A stretch of DNA of 64,000 nucleotides from Thermoplasmatales archaeon SM1-50 (GTDB lineage: Archaea > Thermoplasmatota > E2 > DHVEG-1). The translations under genes were made by a program, and so were the position numbers. The stretch is from positions 453 to 64,452 of the forward strand of contig LSSI01000089.1 of NCBI GenBank assembly GCA_001595945.1. The letters run 5' to 3'. This document shows, piece by piece, positions 40,670-51,281 of the stretch. The first letter of the stretch is position 1. Every line of letters starts with the position of its first letter. Below the pieces are notes generated by a model. That model did not search any database and was not told where the DNA came from. It worked only from the letters and a program-made list of their open reading frames with translations.

Positions 40670-42694
40670 ATGAAAAACAAATGGATTTGTCTGCTAGCAT
40701 GTATTTTATTATGTATGATGAGTTATGCAAATGTCACTGCAAACCAGTCAAACAACCTGAAAAGAACATTAATTCTAGATGATTCGGAAAGATTAAATCA
40801 TGTTCTTTTAAAAAGTGATGATGCACAGGAGATTGCTTCTGCTTTTATACGACAAGGATTCGATGTATTAGATAATACTATTACTGATGACGCATTTGAG
40901 TTGATTATCAGTCCTGATGAATTAAAGGAACTGCAAACGCAAGGATTTCACATCGAAATACTTACTCAGGGGAGACCTTTTTGTGAAATTCAAGCTGAAC
41001 AAATGCAAAGTATGGCACCTTTAGTTCCCGCAGGATACCTTGATTATCCTGAGATTATCAACGAACTGTACAATTATGAAAATCAGTATCCCGCGATTTG
41101 TAAAGTCTATGATCTCACAACATGGTACAATATTTCAGCGACGTATGAAGGGAGACATTTGTATGCGTTAAAAATCTCAGATAACGTGAACCAGGATGAA
41201 GATGAACCAAATTTTTTAATGGTAGGTGCTCATCATGCACGGGAAATTGTGACACCTGTTCTCTGTAACTATTCAATCATGAAATTCACGACTCAATATG
41301 GAACAGACCCCGCTGTCACTACTGCAGTCAATTCTTATGAGATCTGGATTGCTCCAGTCTGGAACCCAGATGGGTATACATATATGTATAATTTCAACAA
41401 TATGTGGAGAAAAAACCGTTTTCCGCCTGATGGTGTGGATCTGAATCGGAATTATCCATTTGGCTGGTATTCCTCAGGTTCTGGAAGCACAGACCCATAT
41501 TCTGAAACGTATAAGGGTGCCAGTCCGGCTTCCGAAGCAGAAACACAAACCATGCTGGTATTTAGTAACGATCGATATTTTGCAAAAGTGCTTGATTATC
41601 ATTCCTCTGGTCGTGAGGTTTTATATGGATATCTCTCCCTTGTTCATCCTTTTACAAGCTTCCTTCAGTCAGAGGCAGTTCGTCTTTCCTATGCCGTCGG
41701 GTATGGTGGCGCGAATCGTCTTGCGAGTGCAGATGGTGAACATTATCAATGGCAACTTGCTTATAATGGTTCATATTCTAATCTTATTGAGACCCATACC
41801 ACGTTTCAACCAACTTACGCAAGTGCTCTCTCTGAAGCAGTATTGGTCTGGCCTGGGACCTTATGGTTGCTGCAACGACCAATCACTATTAGCGGCCATG
41901 TGAAAGATTCCTATAATGGTGCACCACTAGTTGCTACAATAACGCTTAAAGGAATCACATTTCCAAATGGAGAACATTACATGAGTGAACCACGGTTTGG
42001 GAGATACCATTTGTTTCTCCCTCCGGGGACCTATACCGTGAATTTCTCTGTGGAAGGATATCATCCCCAAGAGCATCAGATGACCGTTGACTTATCTAGT
42101 GCTGAAATCCTAGACGTCGCACTTCATCGGTTTAATGAGCCCCCCTCTACTCCAACGATTACTGGTGAGACGAAATGCTTTGTTGGCGGGATATATGATT
42201 ATGTGTTTTCCTCGTATGATCCTAATGACAATACTATAGAATATTTTGTGGACTGGGGCGATGGAACGAATACATCTTGGATTGGTCCCTTTGAAAGCGG
42301 ACAAGAGGTAAACGTCTCTCACCAATGGTATAGGACAGGTGACTATCAAATCAAGGTGAAAGCAAAAGATGTATATCATGAGGAGAGCAACTGGTCAGCA
42401 CCCTTGGCCGTGCAGGTTATCTCCCTTAAACGATCCTATATCTTTGGGTCTATAACGGAGAAGAATCAGACAGAGGAATTTGTTTCAGTGAAAGCTAAAA
42501 ATTTATTGGTCATTATTTCTTCAACTGTAAATCTCTACCGTTCTGGTGAAACTATTTTGATTTCGAAAGGCTATAAGCTTGGATTTATTGGCAATAGATT
42601 TGTCGTTGGTATATTCACAACAGCGATCTTCTCAGACTCTCCGTCATTGGTTCATCCTCTTTCTCACCGCCTCAGATTGTTACGACATTCTTGA
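40670..42694 (+). CDS. Secreted M14 zinc carboxypeptidase with CarboxypepD_reg-like and PKD-like domains
   Basis: HHAREI, NPDG, WRKNR, GVDLNRNY, DYHS; DWGDG module. Confidence 0.92.
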   Translation: MKNKWICLLACILLCMMSYANVTANQSNNLKRTLILDDSERLNHVLLKSDDAQEIASAFIRQGFDVLDNTITDDAFELIISPDELKELQTQGFHIEILTQGRPFCEIQAEQMQSMAPLVPAGYLDYPEIINELYNYENQYPAICKVYDLTTWYNISATYEGRHLYALKISDNVNQDEDEPNFLMVGAHHAREIVTPVLCNYSIMKFTTQYGTDPAVTTAVNSYEIWIAPVWNPDGYTYMYNFNNMWRKNRFPPDGVDLNRNYPFGWYSSGSGSTDPYSETYKGASPASEAETQTMLVFSNDRYFAKVLDYHSSGREVLYGYLSLVHPFTSFLQSEAVRLSYAVGYGGANRLASADGEHYQWQLAYNGSYSNLIETHTTFQPTYASALSEAVLVWPGTLWLLQRPITISGHVKDSYNGAPLVATITLKGITFPNGEHYMSEPRFGRYHLFLPPGTYTVNFSVEGYHPQEHQMTVDLSSAEILDVALHRFNEPPSTPTITGETKCFVGGIYDYVFSSYDPNDNTIEYFVDWGDGTNTSWIGPFESGQEVNVSHQWYRTGDYQIKVKAKDVYHEESNWSAPLAVQVISLKRSYIFGSITEKNQTEEFVSVKAKNLLVIISSTVNLYRSGETILISKGYKLGFIGNRFVVGIFTTAIFSDSPSLVHPLSHRLRLLRHS

Positions 42695-42785
42695 TGATAC
42701 GAAGTCTATTTATATACGGAAATTCTATTTATTTGTATAAGGGGGAACCTGTATTTCAACAAAGAGTGTTTCAGCTATAAAAATA

Positions 42786-45617
42786 ATGCTTGTCATATGC
42801 ATATGGTGTTCTCTTGTTCTTCCAGAGGTGTACGGAGCACCTTATCTATCGCAAATATGTACCTCTGATAAACAAATAGTCTCAAAGATATCCACAGAAA
42901 TCGACATCCCACCAGAATCTGATTTCTACATAAGATTCGAAGCAAACAACCTGACGTTACAACCGCAGGTACTCGAGCCAGCAACTTACGGATTATCCGA
43001 GACCGTCATCGCAGCGATCGTGAAATCACCGCGATGGATCCAATCACGACTCACCAGCCAGTTCCTTACCCTTGACAACCCGGAAAGCTACGCTGCTATT
43101 TTGATAAATGCTAGTATTCAATATGCTGATGAGATCGCATTTTCCATCGCATGCTGCCCTGCTGGGAGAGTTCCTCCTGCTGTGCTTCTCAAAGAAAACG
43201 TTGAAGCGTTGTATGACCATGATCAATGGATAAATTATGCTGACATTATAGACTACGATGGGGGAGCCGGTGATTATTTCTCAACGATACGATACAGATT
43301 TCTTGAGAATGGTACTGAGCAACACCTTGAACTTCCCTCTGGAATCTATTACTGGTATGTGGTGCATCCCAGTATAACCAACGAAGAAATCGATGCGGTC
43401 TACGGACCATTGTGGCGTAACTATCTTTTTGAACATAATGACCTTGGGTATCCCTTACTCAAAGAGAAACTCTCCACGATCCAGTATCTCTGGGACTGCG
43501 AATCCTATTATCAACCGGCGGGTCGTTTATGGAGCGTCTGTATAGATCAGCATCCGACGGCGATTGAGGCGATCAGCTATTGGATCGGTAAAACAGTCCC
43601 ATACCCTGCATTTGGCGACAGACCTGCACAAGCCAACGTCATCGCCCATGAGCACAACGGCTGGTGCGGGGAACTGCAGAAGATAGCAATCGCTGCGCAA
43701 CGCGCAGCGCTTGTCCCATCCATTTCTGCAAGTAACGTAGGGGAGGATCATGTCTGGCGAGAGTTCTATGAACGTGGCTGGCATGAGAACGACAACTGGT
43801 GGAGCGATACAGGTGGGGCGGTTGACCAACCTGATGTATACGCTTATGGATGGGGTAAGAACATGTCGGCGATCTATCAATGGCGTGGTGATGGTACTAT
43901 TATTCATGACACCGCACGCTATATCCATGAGGAAGATCGCATCACCGTTGATTTCAGAGTCATTGACCTGTTCAGACAACCTATTGATGGCGCACGGGTG
44001 GTTGTCTTGGTGAAAGGGTTGAAGGATATAACGTATTATAAGAACCTCATCTGGGAGAAAATCCAAAGCATATGGGACAGACTCCCTGAATTCCTCAAAG
44101 GAAGATTCCTCACAGCTCTTTTTGGTAGGGTCGAGGAGCGGCTGCATCAAGTCCCCGATGTCATCAACGGGGTTACAATCACAACCTGGAACTATACCAA
44201 TTCGAATGGATGGTGTAGTTTTGAGCTTGGGAAGAACCTTGATTATGTTTTTTTGATCCAGGAAGGGAACCTGAAAAAGCCCTGGCAACTCGCACGACAT
44301 AACACCCTGCGGAGACTGAAGACTGGAGTCGATAAACAATTTATGATCGTCCTACTTGACGTCTCCCATAAACCTCAACAAATAACCAAGGAGGTTTTAC
44401 CTTCAGGTGATTGTCAATTTCAGCTTCATATGTCATGTGAGGGATACCAACTGCAGAGGCATTTCATCAACGAGGGGATCGGCAGACATGAGTCCACTGT
44501 GTTTCTGGAGTGTTTTTTTGTTGACCCGGAGAACTTCAAGCGCTACAAGCAAGGGGAATCGTTTGTCTGTTGTAATTATCTGGATGTGCAATATGCGACG
44601 TTCACCGGTTTAACCATTCCTCAAGATTGGTATGTGATCTTCCGGAATAATAATCGTCAAACCCATGTCATACTTAATGTTTCTGTGGATGTCTCTATTC
44701 AGACCAACGCTGACCATGTGCAGATCGTCACCCCGGATACTGTTCTTTTCGAGACACCCATTGTTAATGTTGGCGATACGGTTTTGCTCTCTGGAGTCGC
44801 CTCAACAGAACTGGTGTTTCTCTCCTTTGATGAGAGCCCTGCAGTGATCGAATGCCCCGTGGTGGACGGGGAATGGGTATACGAATGGGGTACTTCCGGA
44901 GAATCTCTTGGCACTCATGTGATTATGGCTGCGACACCAGGAGACATCACCGATGAACGAACCATCCTTTTGATTGATGCACTCCCACCTGTGCTTGCTG
45001 TTGAAACTCCTGCTGAAGGTGCTATTCTTGAACAAGATATTCTGTCAGTCTCGGGGTATAGCTCTGATAATCGTGGCGTTGACCGTGTCGAGGTTTCCTT
45101 GGATAACAATACGAAGACAGCTGTTGGGACGACCACCTGGAATCTCTCTTGGGATCTTAGTGATTATCCGCTTGGTGATTACGTTCTCTCTGTAAAAGCA
45201 GTCGATGACCAAGGTCTGGTTTGCCTTCAAACACGGCCGTTTGTTCTTAACGAAAGCGGTCATACCTGGGGCCCGCAGTTTCATAGCATTTTTTATAATT
45301 CTACGAATCTCACGAACACCAGTAACGTGATAATCTTTGCAAACGTGACATCGACAAGTCCCTTTTCCATTCGCAGCATCATTCTTTACTGTTATGATGG
45401 GACCGATACGATATCCTATGAAATGTATCGTTATGGTGAATTCCCGGTGCAAAACCGTCATGAGGAAGACCCCTTATTTAATCAATCAAATGCACCTGTT
45501 TTTGGTGTTGAACTTGGCCAATTTCCCTCTGGTCAGACTATTGAGTTCTGGATTATCGCGACTGATACTGCCGGTAATAAAATACAATCGGAGGGTGACT
45601 CATTCACCATCCCGTAG
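42786..45617 (+). CDS. Large secreted transglutaminase-like protein with Ig-like domains
   Basis: GWCGELQ, EDHVWREFY, WHEND triad-like motifs; C-terminal Ig-like repeats; start uncertain. Confidence 0.75.
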   Translation: MLVICIWCSLVLPEVYGAPYLSQICTSDKQIVSKISTEIDIPPESDFYIRFEANNLTLQPQVLEPATYGLSETVIAAIVKSPRWIQSRLTSQFLTLDNPESYAAILINASIQYADEIAFSIACCPAGRVPPAVLLKENVEALYDHDQWINYADIIDYDGGAGDYFSTIRYRFLENGTEQHLELPSGIYYWYVVHPSITNEEIDAVYGPLWRNYLFEHNDLGYPLLKEKLSTIQYLWDCESYYQPAGRLWSVCIDQHPTAIEAISYWIGKTVPYPAFGDRPAQANVIAHEHNGWCGELQKIAIAAQRAALVPSISASNVGEDHVWREFYERGWHENDNWWSDTGGAVDQPDVYAYGWGKNMSAIYQWRGDGTIIHDTARYIHEEDRITVDFRVIDLFRQPIDGARVVVLVKGLKDITYYKNLIWEKIQSIWDRLPEFLKGRFLTALFGRVEERLHQVPDVINGVTITTWNYTNSNGWCSFELGKNLDYVFLIQEGNLKKPWQLARHNTLRRLKTGVDKQFMIVLLDVSHKPQQITKEVLPSGDCQFQLHMSCEGYQLQRHFINEGIGRHESTVFLECFFVDPENFKRYKQGESFVCCNYLDVQYATFTGLTIPQDWYVIFRNNNRQTHVILNVSVDVSIQTNADHVQIVTPDTVLFETPIVNVGDTVLLSGVASTELVFLSFDESPAVIECPVVDGEWVYEWGTSGESLGTHVIMAATPGDITDERTILLIDALPPVLAVETPAEGAILEQDILSVSGYSSDNRGVDRVEVSLDNNTKTAVGTTTWNLSWDLSDYPLGDYVLSVKAVDDQGLVCLQTRPFVLNESGHTWGPQFHSIFYNSTNLTNTSNVIIFANVTSTSPFSIRSIILYCYDGTDTISYEMYRYGEFPVQNRHEEDPLFNQSNAPVFGVELGQFPSGQTIEFWIIATDTAGNKIQSEGDSFTIP

Positions 45618-45698
45618 AACCTGGAACAGATGCTTTTAAAAACTTTTAAAAGAGGATGTGACATCCCAGATACTACTAATTGTTGTGGGGAAACAGTC

Positions 45699-46355
45699 AT
45701 GAGTCCGATAAATAAACCAAGGAAGCGTGTGGATAATCCACCTCAGAAACTACAAAAATCATCGAGAAAATGGATCTATCTTGCGCTTGTTCTTATTGTT
45801 GTTGTGATTGCTGTTGTTGCATTTGCATTACTTCAGAATTTATCGTTAATTTCCAATAGCGATGAAACGCCAAAGGAAAATCCAGTAGCCGTCTTTGAAA
45901 CAAGCCTTGGAACCTTTAAAGTAGAGTTATTTGAAGATAAAATGCCGATAACAGTCAATAATTTTGTGACACTTGTAAATGATGGATTTTATAATGGCAT
46001 GATTTTTTATAGAATCAGCGATGATTTTATGATACAAGCAGGACGCTATTTCCCTGATGGAACAGAACAATTTAGTCCTTACGGAAATATTCAATTCGAA
46101 ACAAGTGATGTAAAACATGTCGACGGTTCAATTTCGATGGCGAGTACTGACCCACAAGTAGGGGGAAGTGCAGAATTTTTTATCTGTGACGGCGCCCAAC
46201 ATTTTCTTGATGGTAACTATGCGGCATTTGGTGTCACAATTGAAGGTATTGAAGTTGTGAGAGATATTGCAAGTCAACCCCAGGATAATTCCAATCCCGC
46301 TGGTGGTGGTAAACCATATACAGATATTGTTATTAATTTAATTACAATTGAGTAA
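45699..46355 (+). CDS. Membrane-anchored cyclophilin-type peptidyl-prolyl isomerase
   Basis: TM anchor, then PITVNNF, FYRISDDFMIQAG, LDGNYAAFG. Confidence 0.88.
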   Translation: MSPINKPRKRVDNPPQKLQKSSRKWIYLALVLIVVVIAVVAFALLQNLSLISNSDETPKENPVAVFETSLGTFKVELFEDKMPITVNNFVTLVNDGFYNGMIFYRISDDFMIQAGRYFPDGTEQFSPYGNIQFETSDVKHVDGSISMASTDPQVGGSAEFFICDGAQHFLDGNYAAFGVTIEGIEVVRDIASQPQDNSNPAGGGKPYTDIVINLITIE

Positions 46356-46370
46356 AGAAGAGGAATATCA

Positions 46371-46856
46371 ATGGCAAATCGGAAAGCGTTATTTGATACA
46401 AATAAAGGCAAGTTTATCATAGAGCTTTATGAGGATAAAGCACCAATCACAACTCACAACTTCGTTGACCTTGTAAACAAAGGTTTCTATAATGGATTGA
46501 TTTTCCATCGGGTGATTCCTCAGTTCATGGTCCAGGGGGGGTGTCCGAAGGGAAATGGCACGGGTGGTCCAGGCTATACGATTAAGGATGAATTTCATAA
46601 GGATCTTAGTAACGTGCGAGGCACGATTGCGATGGCGAACCGTGGTCCAAACACGGGTGGGAGCCAGTGGTTCATCAATGTGATTGATAACTGTTATCTG
46701 GATTTTGATAAAAAGCCATACTCTAGTGCACATCCTGTGTTCGGGAAGGTGGTCGAAGGGATGGATGTTGTGGATTGTATTTCGAGTGTAAAGACTAATG
46801 CCAACGACAAGCCACTTCAGAATGTGATGATTAATAAGGTGGCCATCACAGGATAA
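46371..46856 (+). CDS. ppiA: Cyclophilin-type peptidyl-prolyl isomerase
   Basis: FHRVIPQFMVQGG, GTGGPGY, AMANRGPNTGGSQWF, VFGKVVEG. Confidence 0.95.
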   Translation: MANRKALFDTNKGKFIIELYEDKAPITTHNFVDLVNKGFYNGLIFHRVIPQFMVQGGCPKGNGTGGPGYTIKDEFHKDLSNVRGTIAMANRGPNTGGSQWFINVIDNCYLDFDKKPYSSAHPVFGKVVEGMDVVDCISSVKTNANDKPLQNVMINKVAITG

Positions 46857-46871
46857 TCTCGTGTGGTTATT

Positions 46872-47351
46872 ATGACTGTTCTTTCTGATTTGGATATCGA
46901 ACAAGCAATTCAAGAGGGAGAGCTTGGTATCGAACCGTTTGTGCAAAAGAACCTGACCCCTAATGGGTATGATCTTTCGATTGAGGAGATATTTATCAGA
47001 AAAACAGATCAGCATTTCAAGGATGGTGTCGCGGTTATTCCCCCGTTGACTTGGTTTGCTATTAGTACAAAGGAATTTGTAAAAATGGGACCACAGATTA
47101 CCTCTCAGTTATGGATTCGATCTAGCTACGCACGCAAAGGTATCTTGGCAAGTTTTGGGAAGGTTGATGCTGGGTTTCATGGGACGCTTACCTTTGGCTG
47201 TTTTAATGCAAGCGATAAGGAAGTGGAAATACCGATTGGTGATCGTTTTTGTCAGATTGTTTTTGAGTATCTTGGTCATATACCGAAAGCATTGTATCAT
47301 GAGCGATCAGGCACGTATCAGAATCAGCGTGGTGTGACGTTACAAAGATGA
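46872..47351 (+). CDS. dcd: dCTP deaminase / dUTPase family protein
   Basis: LSDLDI, PNGYDL, RSSYARKG, VDAGFHG, YQNQRG. Confidence 0.88.
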   Translation: MTVLSDLDIEQAIQEGELGIEPFVQKNLTPNGYDLSIEEIFIRKTDQHFKDGVAVIPPLTWFAISTKEFVKMGPQITSQLWIRSSYARKGILASFGKVDAGFHGTLTFGCFNASDKEVEIPIGDRFCQIVFEYLGHIPKALYHERSGTYQNQRGVTLQR

Positions 47352-47372
47352 TTTATTTTTTTCTTCAATATA

Positions 47373-47398
47373 AAAGATATATATATGTATATATCTTT
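47373..47398. terminator. AT-rich inverted repeat between convergent genes
   Basis: AAAGATATATA-TATG-TATATATCTTT, near a T-tract after dcd. Confidence 0.35.
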
Positions 47399-47439
47399 CT
47401 TAGAGAAAAATGTTAAAGATAAAGAAACAAGACCATAGA

Positions 47440-49626
47440 CTATATGAATTGTAGGAGAAATCGTAATAAGGGAAACGCATCCGGGAACCGATCAAAAAAC
47501 CATCGTAAGAAAATATGAAGCGACATACCATATAAGAACCGTATCTTTACAGAAAGTACCCCCCAATCGCTCTCTGCGCCATGAATATCTTTCGCCTTTA
47601 CTTTGACAGAATACGTTCCTTTTTGATTCCAACTATGAGTTACGGATTGTTGCACACCAGAACCATATGGTCCAAGCCATCCACTCGTCGTATTATCTCC
47701 CCAGTCAACGTAATAGAAGACAGTATCCGCATCAACATCCGTCGTGACAATAGTGAAAATATATTGAATGAAAGGTTTTCCACGAGGCGGGCCATCAATT
47801 TCTGGGGTAATAGGAGGGGCATTGGTGTCATCAATCAACGCCCAAGTGGTATCCGTGATGGTTAATCCAGTTGCGTCGGTGACCGATAGGACGACGGTAT
47901 AATTCCCAATGTTCGCATAACTATGTGTTGGGTTCTGCATAGTTGAAGTATTACCATCACCGAAATCCCAATGAAAGTCATAGGGGGGAGAACCGTTTTC
48001 CGCGGTTCCTGTAAACTGAATAATCTCATGAGGTGTCCCATAATACGGACCATGTGCATCAACATCAAACCCAAGGACGGTGAAATCAGATGCCGATATC
48101 GCTGAGGTGCTTGACTGGGATGTTTTGACGACAACCTTCATTCGACAATTGTCAGATCCCCCCGTATCGATGAGCCATTGATAGCAACCATTGTTCGGGA
48201 TATCAGTCGCAATAGGCTCCCAAGGACCACCAACACCATGACGAGAAATCAGAATATCGACTGTTGATAAACCCTGAGAAAGCGGAACTGCAGAGAGCCA
48301 TCGGATATTTCGAATCGATCCGCTTCTGAATGTTTCTCCCCCATGAGGGGATTGTACCAATGCAGAAAGTTCATTTGGTGCGAGCCATGGGGAGAATGCT
48401 TTTAATTGATTTTGATAAGACGGCCAACTTCCTTGTTCAGCTTGTATAACAACATCCTCTCGACCATCGTGGTCAAAATCACCATCTACAAGAAAAGCTG
48501 AGAAATCACCAGGGGAAGGCATAGAAAACGTCCCATCAAGGACCCAATTCCCATTACCATCACCTAGATACGCATATCCAGTTGGGCCATCATAGCCAAG
48601 GATATCAAGAAATCCATCGCCATTGAGATCACCAAACTGAGGATAATATACACCAGATGTTGGTAAGCCATTTGATACTGAATCCCAGTCGTTATTTTGC
48701 GAATCGTAAATATAACATTGAACACCAGTTGAATCGCTTCCAAGGACAATATCATCCCAACCATCGTTGTTCATATCCCCACAGTCAAGACCGTTCCATA
48801 ATCCTCCAGGAAGACCAGTCTGTGTCATAGAAAAAGAGAAGGTACCATCACCAAAAAAGACATGGGTTGCTTCACGGTTACCTGCAAAATCAGGGAATCC
48901 ATCTGCATTAAAGTCAGCGGTTTCTAGGTTATTATTGTTATTTCCTCCACTTAAAGACCATCTCTGTGCCCAAGTTCCATTACCATGGTTTTCATACAAA
49001 TGATATCCGTTACAGCAGCCAAACGATTGGGAAATAAGATCAAGACGGCCATTGCAATCAAAATCAGCAAGACCACATTCAAACATTCCCCAGTCTTCTC
49101 CGCTAGTTCCAAGCCCCGTCGCCCACGGAATCCAATTCGAACCGGTCCCATCTCCTAATGCAGCACCAAGTAGCGTATCGCCAAATCCAGAGCCCGGGGT
49201 TGCATAGTTATGATGAATACCCCACACCACATCAAGATTTCCATCTGCATTGAGGTCTCCCGCTTCGATACCACCATATCCAAAATTACCGACTTGTTGC
49301 ACAGACCAAGAGCCCTCGCCAGAACCCAACCACACCATGATTCCATGCTGAGGACTATTTATATACGGTGAACCATGGTCACCCACACAGATGACATCTA
49401 AATTTCCGTCATTGTTCATATCAGCAAGTTCTAGCTCGGTATTACCTCCTTCTTTCGCTGGTGTCTCAAGACCTGTTGACTTTTCAATAAAGACAATAGT
49501 TCTATGAAGCGGAGAAGTTACCTTTTGTGGAATGATTTTACTTCCTGTAAATGAAGATACTGTGAAAAAAAACATAAGAGCAATAAGAAAAATTGTAATC
49601 ATTTTTTTCCTTTTTTTATGTTTCAT
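47440..49626 (-). CDS. Secreted FG-GAP/VCBS repeat protein with PKD domains
   Basis: Repeated DxNxDGxxD motifs, WDFGDG and DWGD modules; probable start MKHKK. Confidence 0.88.
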   Translation of the reverse strand: MKHKKRKKMITIFLIALMFFFTVSSFTGSKIIPQKVTSPLHRTIVFIEKSTGLETPAKEGGNTELELADMNNDGNLDVICVGDHGSPYINSPQHGIMVWLGSGEGSWSVQQVGNFGYGGIEAGDLNADGNLDVVWGIHHNYATPGSGFGDTLLGAALGDGTGSNWIPWATGLGTSGEDWGMFECGLADFDCNGRLDLISQSFGCCNGYHLYENHGNGTWAQRWSLSGGNNNNNLETADFNADGFPDFAGNREATHVFFGDGTFSFSMTQTGLPGGLWNGLDCGDMNNDGWDDIVLGSDSTGVQCYIYDSQNNDWDSVSNGLPTSGVYYPQFGDLNGDGFLDILGYDGPTGYAYLGDGNGNWVLDGTFSMPSPGDFSAFLVDGDFDHDGREDVVIQAEQGSWPSYQNQLKAFSPWLAPNELSALVQSPHGGETFRSGSIRNIRWLSAVPLSQGLSTVDILISRHGVGGPWEPIATDIPNNGCYQWLIDTGGSDNCRMKVVVKTSQSSTSAISASDFTVLGFDVDAHGPYYGTPHEIIQFTGTAENGSPPYDFHWDFGDGNTSTMQNPTHSYANIGNYTVVLSVTDATGLTITDTTWALIDDTNAPPITPEIDGPPRGKPFIQYIFTIVTTDVDADTVFYYVDWGDNTTSGWLGPYGSGVQQSVTHSWNQKGTYSVKVKAKDIHGAESDWGVLSVKIRFLYGMSLHIFLRWFFDRFPDAFPLLRFLLQFI

Positions 49627-49802
49627 AAGTATTCTCATTGATGTTAATATAAAGTTACATAAGTATATAAATTTTGCATGTTTTTCCCTTCTATATAAAA
49701 TAGTGATGTGCAAAATCGAATTTTTTTATTTTTTCTCTATCATGATATGCATGTGTATATGCAGATGAAACACTGGTAATAACGAAAAAAAGAACTCTTT
49801 CA

Positions 49803-50990
49803 TCAGAATTTTTTTGTTAACATCTCTCCGTATTCAAAACAAGCTTTCCTACCAGCATCATCAGGATTCCACAGCACTTTTAATCCATCATGAACCATGG
49901 AAAACCCTGCTGCCTTCAGATGGTCATTGATGAGATGAACGGACTCTCCGCTCCACCCATAGCACCCAAATGCTGCTGCTTTTTTCTCTTTAAATCCTAA
50001 TCCTCGGAGTTCCTCAAGCAGGGCTGCAATCGCGGTAAGGATTCCTTTATTAATCGTTGGAGAGCCAACCAGAATTGCCTTTGATTTGAATATTTCAGTG
50101 ATAGCATCGTTTTTATCCCTCTGTCCAACGTTGATAAGTTTTACGGTCACTGTCTTGTCCGCATGAACAATACCTTCCGCGATCTGCTCAGCCATAACTC
50201 GCGTACCATTCCACATTGTGTCATAGAGAATGGTAATCTGATTTTCTTTATAGCTCTTCGCCCATTTTAGATAGGTTTCGATGATTTGTTTTGGGTTGTC
50301 CCGCCAGATGACACCATGACTAGTGCAAATCACGTCTACGGGGAGGTTCAGTGTGAGTACCTCCTTTATTTTCTTTTCGACAAGGGCACTAAATGGGGTT
50401 AGAATGTTTGCATAGTATTTCATGGCCTCAGAAATAAGTTCTGATTGATCAACCAAGTCATTAAACATGAATTCCGAGGCATAATGCTCTCCGAATGCAT
50501 CATTGCTAAATAGGATGTTATCACCAGTAAGGTAGCAGAACATCGAATCAGGCCAATGAAGCATTGGTGCCTCGATAAACACCAAATCTTTTTTCCCAAG
50601 ATTTAGGCGGTCACCGGTTTTAACGACCTGGAAATCCCAGTCTTCATGATATTGACCCTTTAAAGATTTCACGGCATTTGATGTACAATAAATAGGAGTA
50701 TTCGGGATTTGCTTCATTAGCTCAGGAAGCGCGCCACTGTGATCTGTCTCCCCATGGTTCGCGATGACATAATCGATTTTTTCGAGATCGATTTCTCTGG
50801 TAAGATTTCTGACAAACTCTTTAGCAAACGGACCCCAGACAGTGTCAATAAGTGCGATTTTCTCCTCTTTAATCAGATAGGAATTATAGGTTGAACCACG
50901 ATGCGTGGATAGCTCATTTCCATGGAATTTCCGAAGCTCCCAATCGATTTTACCCACCCAAGACACATTATCTTTTACAGGGATGTTCAT
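49803..50990 (-). CDS. fprA: Flavodiiron protein (FprA/NorV family)
   Basis: GSTYNSYL, HGETDH, LHWPDSM, FSNDAFG, SHG; flavodoxin domain TMWNGT, GWSGE. Confidence 0.95.
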   Translation of the reverse strand: MNIPVKDNVSWVGKIDWELRKFHGNELSTHRGSTYNSYLIKEEKIALIDTVWGPFAKEFVRNLTREIDLEKIDYVIANHGETDHSGALPELMKQIPNTPIYCTSNAVKSLKGQYHEDWDFQVVKTGDRLNLGKKDLVFIEAPMLHWPDSMFCYLTGDNILFSNDAFGEHYASEFMFNDLVDQSELISEAMKYYANILTPFSALVEKKIKEVLTLNLPVDVICTSHGVIWRDNPKQIIETYLKWAKSYKENQITILYDTMWNGTRVMAEQIAEGIVHADKTVTVKLINVGQRDKNDAITEIFKSKAILVGSPTINKGILTAIAALLEELRGLGFKEKKAAAFGCYGWSGESVHLINDHLKAAGFSMVHDGLKVLWNPDDAGRKACFEYGEMLTKKF

Positions 50991-51281
50991 ATCAATACCT
51001 CCGCAATGTATTAATTTCTTGCAATATCTAGTAGTTTTTAAAAATTTCCTTGAAATTTGATGAAAACTGTGAAAATATATTTCTATTGTTTCAAAGTAAA
51101 GAAAAAAGATGAATTAATTGTCTGCTATCAATTAAAAGATAAGAAATAAAAAGAAACATTCGGAGCAAAAAACTGTTTCTAAAAGATTATATTCAGAATT
51201 CATCGCTTCCAAGGAAGGACCCAAATATTTAATTACTACTGAACCATAATATATTTACATAAATAGGGGGTTATAAATAAA

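Noticed and set aside
43527-44339. 270-aa antisense ORF and the many other shadow ORFs
   Set aside because: They lie wholly inside well-supported genes and have no protein motifs
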